Shown: in pieces, positions 8,800 through 16,924 of the stretch
How the letters are laid out: each line of letters starts with the position of its first letter
Position numbering within the stretch: the stretch's first letter is position 1
Source: a virus
Taxonomy: Duplodnaviria > Caudoviricetes
DNA length: 64,000 nucleotides
Virus record (IMG/VR): IMGVR_UViG_3300027983_002388
Reading direction: 5' to 3' (one strand)
Translations under genes and position numbers: made by a program
The notes under the pieces: model-generated
What the model was told of the DNA's origin: nothing
Database searches by the model: none
The model's input: the letters and a program-made list of their open reading frames with translations, nothing else

Positions 8800-9282
8800 A
8801 TGACCACAACACAAGAGGGCATGGACGCCACAACAGAAGAACCCGAAAAAATTGTTGTCCCTGTCTTAACAGACACGGATGAACAAGAAATTCTTGGTCT
8901 TCACAATGCCATCGGAAAGGTCTTGGAAAAGATCAAATGGCATGAAGAACAGATCAAAGAACGACGACAAGACATCACCGGCCACGAAAATCAAATCAAT
9001 GATTTGCGAAATTCATTAAGGCAACACGTCGGTCCATTGATGAGTCAAGCTCTGAGTCAGCCTCAAAAAACTGAGAGCCGAACTCGTGAATCGACTGATG
9101 CGACAGGAACTTTGATTACAGACTGTCTTCGCAAAAGCAGCAAGCCGCTGGATACAAACCACATCAAAAAGTTCCTGGTGAAGCATGGAAATACCACCAA
9201 CCCTAGTGTCGAACTCAGTCGAATGGTCAAGCGTGGATTCATCGAACGGTCAGGACGTGGGCTTTACCAACTGAAGAAGTAG
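8800..9282 (+). CDS. coiled-coil protein with C-terminal winged-helix DNA-binding domain
   Basis: GGAG SD, ATG 8800; heptad region then LITDCLRKSSKPLDT...LSRMVKRGFIERSGRGLYQL. Confidence 0.65.
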   Translation: MTTTQEGMDATTEEPEKIVVPVLTDTDEQEILGLHNAIGKVLEKIKWHEEQIKERRQDITGHENQINDLRNSLRQHVGPLMSQALSQPQKTESRTRESTDATGTLITDCLRKSSKPLDTNHIKKFLVKHGNTTNPSVELSRMVKRGFIERSGRGLYQLKK

Positions 9283-9296
9283 AATTTCGAGGAAGG

Positions 9297-9328
9297 AAAA
9301 AAGGACGGCTTTCAGGCCGTCCTTTTTT
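9297..9328. terminator. intrinsic terminator (bidirectional form)
   Basis: AAAAAAGGACGGC-tttcag-GCCGTCCTTTTTT. Confidence 0.85.
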
Positions 9329-9353
9329 ATTGCGCCAAGTCGTACATACCTTC

Positions 9354-9557
9354 ATGAATTTCAAACATTGGTTATCTCTGAACGAGGGCGGTTGGATTAG
9401 CAAAGGCAAAGCACAAAACTCTTTGTTCAAGCCCGGCCCCAAAGATACAACACCAAAACCACACGATCTAAAACTTTGTGGTATCGGCGGCGGTCCAGGT
9501 CCTGGTGGTGCATGCGCAAGTGCCGGAGGCGGGGCAACGGCTGTTCCTGTTAAGTAA
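9354..9557 (+). CDS. small Gly/Pro-rich protein with capsid-targeting-like N-terminus (MNFKHWLSLNEG)
   Basis: TACATA 5 nt before ATG 9354; no SD. Confidence 0.65.
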   Translation: MNFKHWLSLNEGGWISKGKAQNSLFKPGPKDTTPKPHDLKLCGIGGGPGPGGACASAGGGATAVPVK

Positions 9558-10038
9558 GTGGCTTCAACCAACTGGTAGGATTAGGCGTAGAATAACTAAC
9601 ATCAGAATATCTGACTGTTACATTTATCTCATAGTCTAACGAGCTTGTGATGTCCATGCTACCAAAGTCCAGAGCGGAGATAAGTGAATTTTCTAAATAC
9701 AACAATTCTAAAACTTCACCATTTTCACCATGTAGCCTCAATACCACAGTCGCTTTTTCTGATTGCCACTTGCGATCTTCTAACGCACGAAATTGCTCAG
9801 ACACCCAACACATGAACAATGCGCCACCTTCGTCGTTTTCAACATCGTTGTAGGTGATTTTCATTTCGTCCCATGACGATTTGCCCGGCAACCAAGTGGT
9901 GTTCCCATTATGTTGAACAGTCGTTGATTGAACGGTCATTGATGGAAGCGAACCAATTTTAACTGGAGACGGTGGGGCTATGAGTTGCCATGTCTTATCG
10001 TCTCGCCATTCCGCAGACCAATTGAATTTGTGAGGCAT
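9550..10038 (-). CDS. tail tube protein paralog (T4 gp19-like fold)
   Basis: TWLPGKSSWDEMKITYND...DFGSMD...VTVRYSD; resembles the ORF at 63762 (MWIPGKGSWETITV); AGGAG SD. Confidence 0.7.
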   Translation of the reverse strand: MPHKFNWSAEWRDDKTWQLIAPPSPVKIGSLPSMTVQSTTVQHNGNTTWLPGKSSWDEMKITYNDVENDEGGALFMCWVSEQFRALEDRKWQSEKATVVLRLHGENGEVLELLYLENSLISALDFGSMDITSSLDYEINVTVRYSDVSYSTPNPTSWLKPLT

Positions 10039-10143
10039 ATATTTTCTCCTGCATCCATTATAAGAAAATGAACTTCTCAAAAAGCCTATGCGGAGCATAA
10101 ATACTTATTGATAGAGGTTAAATCAACCATCAAGGAGGAAGAT

Positions 10144-10620
10144 ATGAGCAACAACAACTCTGTCGCTGTTATTGTTGTGGGCCTGTTAGGGTTCATGGCA
10201 ATTGCCATCACAGGAAAATGGATTCTCGATCAAAATAATGAGTGTAATCATCATCGCCAAGATCATCGAGATCGAATTGAAATAAACACACCGGCACCAC
10301 AAGTTGTGACACCACCGGCTCAACAAATAATTGTGACACCACCGGCTCAACAAATAATTGTGACACCACCGGCTCAACAAATCATCATTGGTCGTCCTTA
10401 CCCACAAGCCTACCCACAATATCACAGCAGAAACGAATTCTGGATGGGATATTCCGATGGATGGAATGGTATGGGAATGCGTCAGAATTGCCCTGAATAT
10501 ATTCAGGGCTATCAGATCGGCACGCATGATCGCAGTTGTCATCGACCATATTATCACGAACGACATTGCCCACCAGGGTTCTCTTTGAGAGTCCCTGGCT
10601 TTAGCTTGAATATCCGTTAA
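10144..10620 (+). CDS. membrane-anchored protein with TPPAQQIIV tandem repeats
   Basis: AAGGAGG SD; TM helix; 27-bp tandem repeat around 10305-10390. Confidence 0.7.
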   Translation: MSNNNSVAVIVVGLLGFMAIAITGKWILDQNNECNHHRQDHRDRIEINTPAPQVVTPPAQQIIVTPPAQQIIVTPPAQQIIIGRPYPQAYPQYHSRNEFWMGYSDGWNGMGMRQNCPEYIQGYQIGTHDRSCHRPYYHERHCPPGFSLRVPGFSLNIR

Positions 10621-10624
10621 GCAA

Positions 10625-10658
10625 AAAAACACCCCATGATTTTTCATGGGGTGTTTTT
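10625..10658. terminator. bidirectional intrinsic terminator between convergent genes
   Basis: AAAAACACCCCATGA-tttt-TCATGGGGTGTTTTT. Confidence 0.85.
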
Positions 10659-10663
10659 GTTTT

Positions 10664-11239
10664 TTACTCGTATTTTTCAATCAAGAAATTTGGCAACTTA
10701 GGAGCGATGATTGAAAGCAATTCAAACGCTCCTTTATTGGTAAACACGATTTCGTATCTGCCTCTACACTGATGCAGATCACAGGTGCAATCTAGCGAAT
10801 TGAAATATTCAGCTATGATCTTTGTGCCTTCTTCGCCAAACTTGTGAGTCCGCAAATAGGCTTTTCTTTTACTTTTCCGACCGGCATCAACAAACCAAAC
10901 CATCCAGGCTTCGTCTGTCAATATTTCCAGCATCTCACGAGTCACTGTCTTAGCGCCATCTTTGTAATACATTTCGTATGCTTCATTGAAGATTGGAAAA
11001 GCAACACTGTAACACCTGTAAGTGTTTTTGTCTTTCTTGATGGTATTTTGGTCGATCTTGAAGAAATCCTTTAAGACCTCGATCTTATAAGACAACCACA
11101 TATTGTCGTGGTCACGCATGGCGAGGTAACAATTCTTACCACGCTCAGGGTGAATGATAGAGGAGCCTCCAAGGATGGTCCCGTATAGCACTTGTCTCTG
11201 GCTGTCTTTTAAGTTTGGTCCGCACTGATAAGTCATCAT
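10664..11239 (-). CDS. LAGLIDADG_2-like protein lacking both catalytic Asp
   Basis: QVLYGTILGGSSI and LTDEAWMVWFVDAG; AAGGAG SD supports start at 11239 rather than 11788. Confidence 0.75.
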   Translation of the reverse strand: MMTYQCGPNLKDSQRQVLYGTILGGSSIIHPERGKNCYLAMRDHDNMWLSYKIEVLKDFFKIDQNTIKKDKNTYRCYSVAFPIFNEAYEMYYKDGAKTVTREMLEILTDEAWMVWFVDAGRKSKRKAYLRTHKFGEEGTKIIAEYFNSLDCTCDLHQCRGRYEIVFTNKGAFELLSIIAPKLPNFLIEKYE

Positions 11240-11374
11240 TGTCTCCTTGTTGCCATATATACGTTTCGCAACATTGTTCCCGAAGATATGTAGTAGAAAT
11301 CGGAATAAAAATATGAGCAGCATAGCTATTGTGAACAAAAAGTTCACTCGCATTAAAAAAAGGAGATAAATACT

Positions 11375-11713
11375 ATGGGAGCAACAAGCGTAACAGGCGT
11401 TAGTGGTCCAGGAAGCGTAGCCGGTCTTCAGAAGGGTTCGGAGCATATGTCTCTTGGCGTAGCCAAGTTGATTGGTCCGAAGGTTTCTGCTGCTGGTAAG
11501 ATTACTTTGACTGGCACAACTGGCGTTGTAGAATTTCCAGAATTGGTTGGTGTAGTTGGCGATTACGTCGTCATGTTGACTGCTAATAGCGTCACACATG
11601 TTTTCGTTTCGACACCATTGGCCGCTATTGCAAGCACAGATCAGTGGGGATTCGTCGCAACTGGTGGTACTAATGCAGTAGTTAATTGGGCAGTCGTTAA
11701 AGTCGGCAACTAA
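11375..11713 (+). CDS. putative virion structural protein, paralog of 2865..3221
   Basis: MGATSVTGVSGPG; AGGAG SD. Confidence 0.6.
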   Translation: MGATSVTGVSGPGSVAGLQKGSEHMSLGVAKLIGPKVSAAGKITLTGTTGVVEFPELVGVVGDYVVMLTANSVTHVFVSTPLAAIASTDQWGFVATGGTNAVVNWAVVKVGN

Positions 11714-11820
11714 TTGATGACAAAATGAAAGAATTGAATGAAGCAAAAAAGTGATGCCCGGCAGCATTGCTCTTTTGGAAAAAGGCAAAACTCATCCTTA
11801 TTAGCCTTTCTAATTAAGCT

Positions 11821-11858
11821 AACAAAACCTTGACATTGTGTGATGTCAAGGTTTTGTT
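11821..11858. terminator. perfect 16-bp inverted repeat between convergent genes (terminator or operator)
   Basis: AACAAAACCTTGACAT-tgtgtg-ATGTCAAGGTTTTGTT. Confidence 0.6.
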
Positions 11859-11968
11859 TTTATATCAGGTCGCCATTCTCATCGAGACAACACAGAGGCA
11901 TTTGCGAACCTGCGATTTACTCTGTTCAGCCCGGTCTTTTGAGTAGACTGCTACCTTGTCTTTATTTT

Positions 11969-12535
11969 CTATTCAGTCTCATCTTTTGGACGATAGAACT
12001 TGAAGTTTTTGTCGGCCCATTCGATTGCCATGTGCGATCCCCTTGCCAAAAGACCTACAAGTTGCGTTGGATTGCCACTTCCTTCAATGGCGATGTTGTC
12101 TCGCTCATTGTTTTCAATCCAAACCAGAGCAAACGTCAAATTAGGTCGCTGCTTCAACTCCATTGCCATCTGACGAATAGTCACAAGAGAAAGATCAGGT
12201 AGTCCCAATTCTTTGAGAGTGGCCCGCAGAGCATCACCGCCAGCTTCCAAAATGTTGTTTAACTTCTTTGTCAGAACTTTCATAGCCATCAGTCGATCAT
12301 CGGCTTCGATGATGAGTTGATACGAGAAATCATCTACATTGTCCTGATTAGACAGGACTAAAAGACTGCAAGGGTGTTGTTCTTTAACATCTGAAACTTG
12401 GTTTGATATGCTCACCAAACTTTTTTCATCTGTTAGCTTAAAATGTATCCAACTTCCTTCAGCACTGGTGTCGATTAGCGTAAGCCCATCAAATTTTTTC
12501 AGTGCCTCAATCAATAATTCAAATTCCTTTTCCAT
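11969..12535 (-). CDS. hypothetical protein
   Basis: 188-aa ORF, GGAGG SD. Confidence 0.7.
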   Translation of the reverse strand: MEKEFELLIEALKKFDGLTLIDTSAEGSWIHFKLTDEKSLVSISNQVSDVKEQHPCSLLVLSNQDNVDDFSYQLIIEADDRLMAMKVLTKKLNNILEAGGDALRATLKELGLPDLSLVTIRQMAMELKQRPNLTFALVWIENNERDNIAIEGSGNPTQLVGLLARGSHMAIEWADKNFKFYRPKDETE

Positions 12536-12539
12536 ATGG

Positions 12540-13076
12540 TTAATCCTCCAAGATTCCAGCGTGATCGAGAGATTGCACGAGTTTGATTAGATGTTTGCAC
12601 ATTCCTGGCATTTCGAGCGGATTCGCCGAGCCAGGATTTACATTCGCTTCGTACTTCTTTCTGACTCTTCCATACAACGATGTATCTATGTGATCTGTGT
12701 AGTTGAAACGCCATTTGAAATCGTTACAATCACACCGAACCAACACATTGTTCTCTTTATCGAGTCTTTCAAAAACGTAGTGACGACCATCGTTCGCTAC
12801 AATCTCGATCCAGTTCTGGTTGTCTTTGGAGTCGTGATAATTCACGCCTTTGAACAATACCATAGGGGAATATTCTTTTCCGCTTTCTTCACTATGCGCA
12901 ATACCCTTTATGAACAGGGTTTTAACTCCCAAGAAAGGCGTCCAATTCAACTCGATGATCCGAACTAAATCGGTGGCATGTTGTCTTTTGGTCGTCTGGG
13001 GGAAGGCTTGAACCGTACTTGTGTAAAGGTCTTGAAGATTAGATTCTTGAAAAACCAGCCAATTTTGGAAACGCAT
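12540..13076 (-). CDS. SWIM zinc-finger protein with capsid-targeting-like N-terminus (MRFQNWLVFQES)
   Basis: CDCNDF...MCKHL; TAAATA 4 nt before ATG 13076. Confidence 0.75.
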   Translation of the reverse strand: MRFQNWLVFQESNLQDLYTSTVQAFPQTTKRQHATDLVRIIELNWTPFLGVKTLFIKGIAHSEESGKEYSPMVLFKGVNYHDSKDNQNWIEIVANDGRHYVFERLDKENNVLVRCDCNDFKWRFNYTDHIDTSLYGRVRKKYEANVNPGSANPLEMPGMCKHLIKLVQSLDHAGILED

Positions 13077-13109
13077 ACAATATTTAAGCAGCCAAACTAT
13101 ATTATTGAC

Positions 13110-13406
13110 ATGAGCGAAGAAATACTCCAATTCCCGACGCCTCCAGAGGGAAAAAAACGATTCGAGGTTAAAATGCGACCAGCCAACGGCGGCGGCATTG
13201 AGAAAGCAATTTTCATTGATAATGAAATTATGGATTGGCAAATTGACCTAAATTCATATATGGAAGCCGTGAAAATGGGACCGATGTATCGCCGTGAAAT
13301 TCAGCGAAGCATCGAAGAACATTTCATCGAATCGGTATCCGATACCTTGGGCCGAAAGGTTACAATGGAAGAGATCAAAGTGGCAATCAAAACCGGATGG
13401 ATTTAA
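13110..13406 (+). CDS. hypothetical protein
   Basis: ATG 13110 (MSEEILQFP), divergent from the SWIM gene. Confidence 0.65.
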   Translation: MSEEILQFPTPPEGKKRFEVKMRPANGGGIEKAIFIDNEIMDWQIDLNSYMEAVKMGPMYRREIQRSIEEHFIESVSDTLGRKVTMEEIKVAIKTGWI

Positions 13407-13554
13407 CAGGGAAGTCATTAGTATCACAGAACAAGGAGGTGCGGCTTGTTGTAGAACATGTTGATGGAAGCAAACATTGGCATATTGATGGTATCTTTCA
13501 TCGACCTTTGGAAAAAGCCTGTTGTAGAATATGCAGATGCTAGGATGTTACTCA

Positions 13555-14137
13555 ATGTTTAGACCAGATCAAGTCCATGATGTCATGAAGCTGTACACCA
13601 TCGGTGACGGCGAGCCTAATACTTGATGAAGTTCAAACCGGCGTAGGCTTGACCGGGACAACATGGGCATACGAACATCATGCCGGGCTGCGGCCCGATA
13701 TGATAGCGTTCGGGAAGAAAACGCAGGTCTGTGGCTTCGCTTCTACCACCCGTATTGATGAAGTGCCTGATAATGTATTCAAACAATCCAGTCGTATCAA
13801 TTCGACCTGGGGTGGAAACATTATTGACATGATTAGATTCACGCACATTGCAGAGATCATGAAAGAAGATGGAATCTTAAATCAAGTTGCCATAGTTGGC
13901 GACTACTTCTTAAAGCAGCTTCACACGATTCCACGCATCACTAATGTTCGTGGCAAAGGATTGATGCTGGCTTTTGATTTAGAGACGCCTGACGCACGCA
14001 ACAAGGTCTTAGATAACCTACTAAAAAGAATGACCGTCCTGCCTTGTGGAGAACGGTCAATTCGATTAAGACCACATTTGATATTCTCAATGGCCGACGT
14101 AGACGAGGCCATCGACATCATTAAACACGCCGTTTAA
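13555..14137 (+). pseudogene. lat: L-lysine 6-aminotransferase-like (class III PLP) gene with large internal deletion
   Basis: N-terminal MFRPDQVHDVMKLYTIGDGEP (13555-13617) joined out of frame to LILDEVQTG...AFGKKTQVCG...NSTWGG...RGKGL; roughly 230-240 residues missing by comparison with remembered family length. Confidence 0.75.
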
Positions 14138-15614
14138 GATACTCAAAGAATAATGGCATCTTGTTTTTGTTCCTCAGATTGTGATCTGCAAATTTACTTG
14201 TGTGAGGAGTATCCAAATTTGGTTCTGGCAATCCAAGTTTAGCAAGATCGACTCCCTGTTTTTTCAGCATGGACAATAAGGTGTCCTTGTCTACGCCTGC
14301 CTTTTCAGCAGACGCCATGATTTCTGGAATTTCTGCCTGGAAAACCACAGGTGGCTCTTTTGAAACATCAATCAAATTTTTGAGATGAGACTGTAAAGGA
14401 TCAGATTTTGCTTCTGGTGCTGTTTCTGGTGCTGTTTCTGGTGCTGTTTCTGGAGTTGTTTCTGGTGCTGTTTCTGGAGTTGCTTCTGGTGCTGTTTCTG
14501 GAGTTGCCGCCTGATTCAATCCAGCCTTAACTTGTTTGAGTGCAGCAGCAAAGTCTTCTGTTGGTTGACTTCCAGTCATACCCTTCTCAAGCTCTCCCAA
14601 TGCGTGCATAGCTTGTTGGATAGCATCCGTGTCACGTCCTTGATCTTTCTGTGCTTGATACTCATCGCCAGCTTTACCCCATTGGTTCCAAGCCCCTTTG
14701 GCATTAGCCCATTGACGACCAAACCAATCTTTAGCACCATCGAACATGCCTTCATTGAGGTATTGCCCTTCTTCGATATACCAATCAACAAATTTAACTG
14801 GATCAATACCATGTTCTTGAAGAGTTCGCAGCCCAGTCTTAATTTCATTATGAAGCCTGATCTTACGAGTGAATTCGCCAAATCCATTTGATTCAAAAGA
14901 TGGCGTATCAGCACTAGCCGCTTGAGCAATATTAGCTGGGTTGTTGAGTAGATGCAGCAAATTAACAACTGCTGCTTGGAAAGAAGGTCCGCCAAGTTTT
15001 TCCATCAATGACTTGGACTTAGACATACGCTTAGAAAGTGCATCTACAGCGGTTGCTGCATTCTTGGCATGTTGTGTGTATGCTGGCTGTGGCGTTGATC
15101 CTGGTGGCGTTGATCCTGGTGGCGTTGATCCTGGTGGCGTTGATCCTGGTGGCGTTGATCCTGGTGGCGTTGATCCTGGTGGCGTTGATCCTGGTGGCGT
15201 TGATCCTGGATGAATTGAAGAGTAGGGATTTCCCTCAACGCCTGAGTTAAAACTTTTTGCAATATCTCCTCCCTGCCCTTGTAGCCAGCCACCAACTTTG
15301 CCTCCTAATTCACTAGCTCCTCCTAATGCTCTACCTAATCCATAAGTAACGGCGGAACTTTTTGGTCGATTGGCAGTTTGTTGATAGCCCTGTTTGAATC
15401 TATCGAAAAAACCTTCATTTAGATAAATCTCATTTTTAAGCCATTCTTCAGATGCTTCTGTAAGCAATCCTTGGTCCTGCATACCGATTCCATCGGTTGT
15501 GTACCACTCGACAAAATCGTTAGGATCAATTCCACGTTCGGACATCAAAATGAACGATTCTCTTACCATTCTGAGATTCGTGGTGGTTTTTAGGCTTTCA
15601 GTAAATGTTCTCAT
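14121..15614 (-). CDS. putative internal head/ejected protein with duplicated domain and PPGST/APET repeats
   Basis: MRTFTESL; two GIDP..FV(E/D)WY...LNEG(F/M)FD units. Confidence 0.65.
   Translation of the reverse strand: MRTFTESLKTTTNLRMVRESFILMSERGIDPNDFVEWYTTDGIGMQDQGLLTEASEEWLKNEIYLNEGFFDRFKQGYQQTANRPKSSAVTYGLGRALGGASELGGKVGGWLQGQGGDIAKSFNSGVEGNPYSSIHPGSTPPGSTPPGSTPPGSTPPGSTPPGSTPPGSTPPGSTPQPAYTQHAKNAATAVDALSKRMSKSKSLMEKLGGPSFQAAVVNLLHLLNNPANIAQAASADTPSFESNGFGEFTRKIRLHNEIKTGLRTLQEHGIDPVKFVDWYIEEGQYLNEGMFDGAKDWFGRQWANAKGAWNQWGKAGDEYQAQKDQGRDTDAIQQAMHALGELEKGMTGSQPTEDFAAALKQVKAGLNQAATPETAPEATPETAPETTPETAPETAPETAPEAKSDPLQSHLKNLIDVSKEPPVVFQAEIPEIMASAEKAGVDKDTLLSMLKKQGVDLAKLGLPEPNLDTPHTSKFADHNLRNKNKMPLFFEYLKRRV
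15091..15210 (-). repeat. 15-bp tandem repeat x8 encoding PPGST
   Basis: GGCGTTGATCCTGGT units, identical except the last base of the final unit. Confidence 0.95.
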
Positions 15615-15627
15615 TTAATTCCTCATA

Positions 15628-16476
15628 CTATTCTGACAACTGGTATTCGTAATCTTTCAGTTTTAACTTCACGAAGGGAAGTAAAGGCAACGCTGCCGAC
15701 TCCGTATATACAGATTCGAGAACATTATTTAGCTCTGTGTCCCAGGTTTTGAGGTCTGAGATAGGACGATAATACGAGACATTAGGAAGCAGCATCTGCT
15801 TGTGAGAACGAAGTCCAACGCAAATTGCAATGACCTTGTAATTATCAGTCAAAAACAACGGCCCGCCTGAATCACCCAGGAAAGCAAAACAATTGGCTCG
15901 AATCAAACCTTGAAATCCCTTCGGGAAAAGAGTTTTAGGCTGCGTAATTTGTCCATAATCTATTCTCACATCGTCTAACAAGGCATATCCACAGTGAAAA
16001 ACCTCTGTGTTTATGTAAAGTTTTGAATCAAAGCAAATCTTCGCTACAGGCATTTTCTGTTCACTTACAAAGTAACCAATCGCCAAATCTCTATTGGAAT
16101 CGAGAGCATAAGGAACCATGCGGTGTTTTTTGTAGTCTTTGATCTCAGACCAGTTTTGATATTCAGCCACATGAACTTCGAGAGCGTCTTCGTCTTCAAC
16201 GACATGAGCCGCAGTAACAATGGTATTGTGCCACTTATCGCCTACTTGAGTTGATCGAACGACAACTCCACTGCCACCGGCTTCATCTCCATCTGTGATT
16301 TTCACAGTCGGGTAAATACACTGTTTGTGTAATTTTCTATCAACTGCATTGGTTCTCTGCCTCTTGTTTGAAGTTTTGTCTGTTTCTTCACTAAATACAA
16401 GAGTGGAAAAAGTACAAAGGGTTAGCACGATGCTGAACAATATTTTGTGCATACATACCTTGTTATAGGAGGACAA
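15628..16476 (-). CDS. trypsin-like serine protease with signal peptide
   Basis: TAAHV (His), RDLAI (Asp), GDSGGPLF (Ser); N-terminal hydrophobic segment. Confidence 0.9.
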   Translation of the reverse strand: MSSYNKVCMHKILFSIVLTLCTFSTLVFSEETDKTSNKRQRTNAVDRKLHKQCIYPTVKITDGDEAGGSGVVVRSTQVGDKWHNTIVTAAHVVEDEDALEVHVAEYQNWSEIKDYKKHRMVPYALDSNRDLAIGYFVSEQKMPVAKICFDSKLYINTEVFHCGYALLDDVRIDYGQITQPKTLFPKGFQGLIRANCFAFLGDSGGPLFLTDNYKVIAICVGLRSHKQMLLPNVSYYRPISDLKTWDTELNNVLESVYTESAALPLLPFVKLKLKDYEYQLSE

Positions 16477-16480
16477 TCAA

Positions 16481-16846
16481 ATGGATAGGAATTTCCTTTA
16501 TGGAATAGCTACATTCTTAGCTATAGCGCTATTTGGCGTTTATATTCAAAACAATCATCCCAATTTCTTCTCTGAAATTACGGGGGAAAAAGAAACCGAA
16601 GATTCTTGGAAAGAAGAAGCGCCAATTTTGGAACAGGATGAAACCCTTCCAAAAGAAGTGACGCCCCCAGAAATCAAAGTAAACCCAGATGCAACATCGC
16701 CAGAAACAGAGCCAAGCGATCCTGAATCTGACGAGCCAGAAATCAATTCTCCAGAACAACATCAAAATCGACGATTACGCAGACACAATCGTGATAGGCA
16801 TGTCAATCTGAGCCGGTCGCCCAATCTTTTTGGGGATGTGATCTAA
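16481..16846 (+). CDS. membrane-anchored acidic/Pro-rich protein
   Basis: GGAGG SD; TM helix at the N-terminus. Confidence 0.65.
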   Translation: MDRNFLYGIATFLAIALFGVYIQNNHPNFFSEITGEKETEDSWKEEAPILEQDETLPKEVTPPEIKVNPDATSPETEPSDPESDEPEINSPEQHQNRRLRRHNRDRHVNLSRSPNLFGDVI

Positions 16847-16862
16847 CAAACGTCAATGAATT

Positions 16863-16921
16863 AAACTCCCTCGCACACTAGAATAATGTAGGTCATTATT
16901 CTATAGAATGCGAGGGAGTTT
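16863..16921 (+). promoter_or_regulatory. nested hairpin sequestering the gdhA Shine-Dalgarno
   Basis: AAACTCCCTCGCA pairs with TGCGAGGGAGTTT; inner stem TAGAATAATG/CATTATTCTA. Confidence 0.6.
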
Positions 16922-16924
16922 TTC

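Noticed and set aside
11367-11374. TAAATA before 11375 as another leaderless promoter
   Set aside because: Spacing is only 2 nt and an AGGAG SD sits immediately upstream, so it is not counted
11240-11788. 183-aa N-terminal extension of the LAGLIDADG ORF
   Set aside because: It is antisense to the real gene 11375..11713, and a good SD precedes ATG 11239
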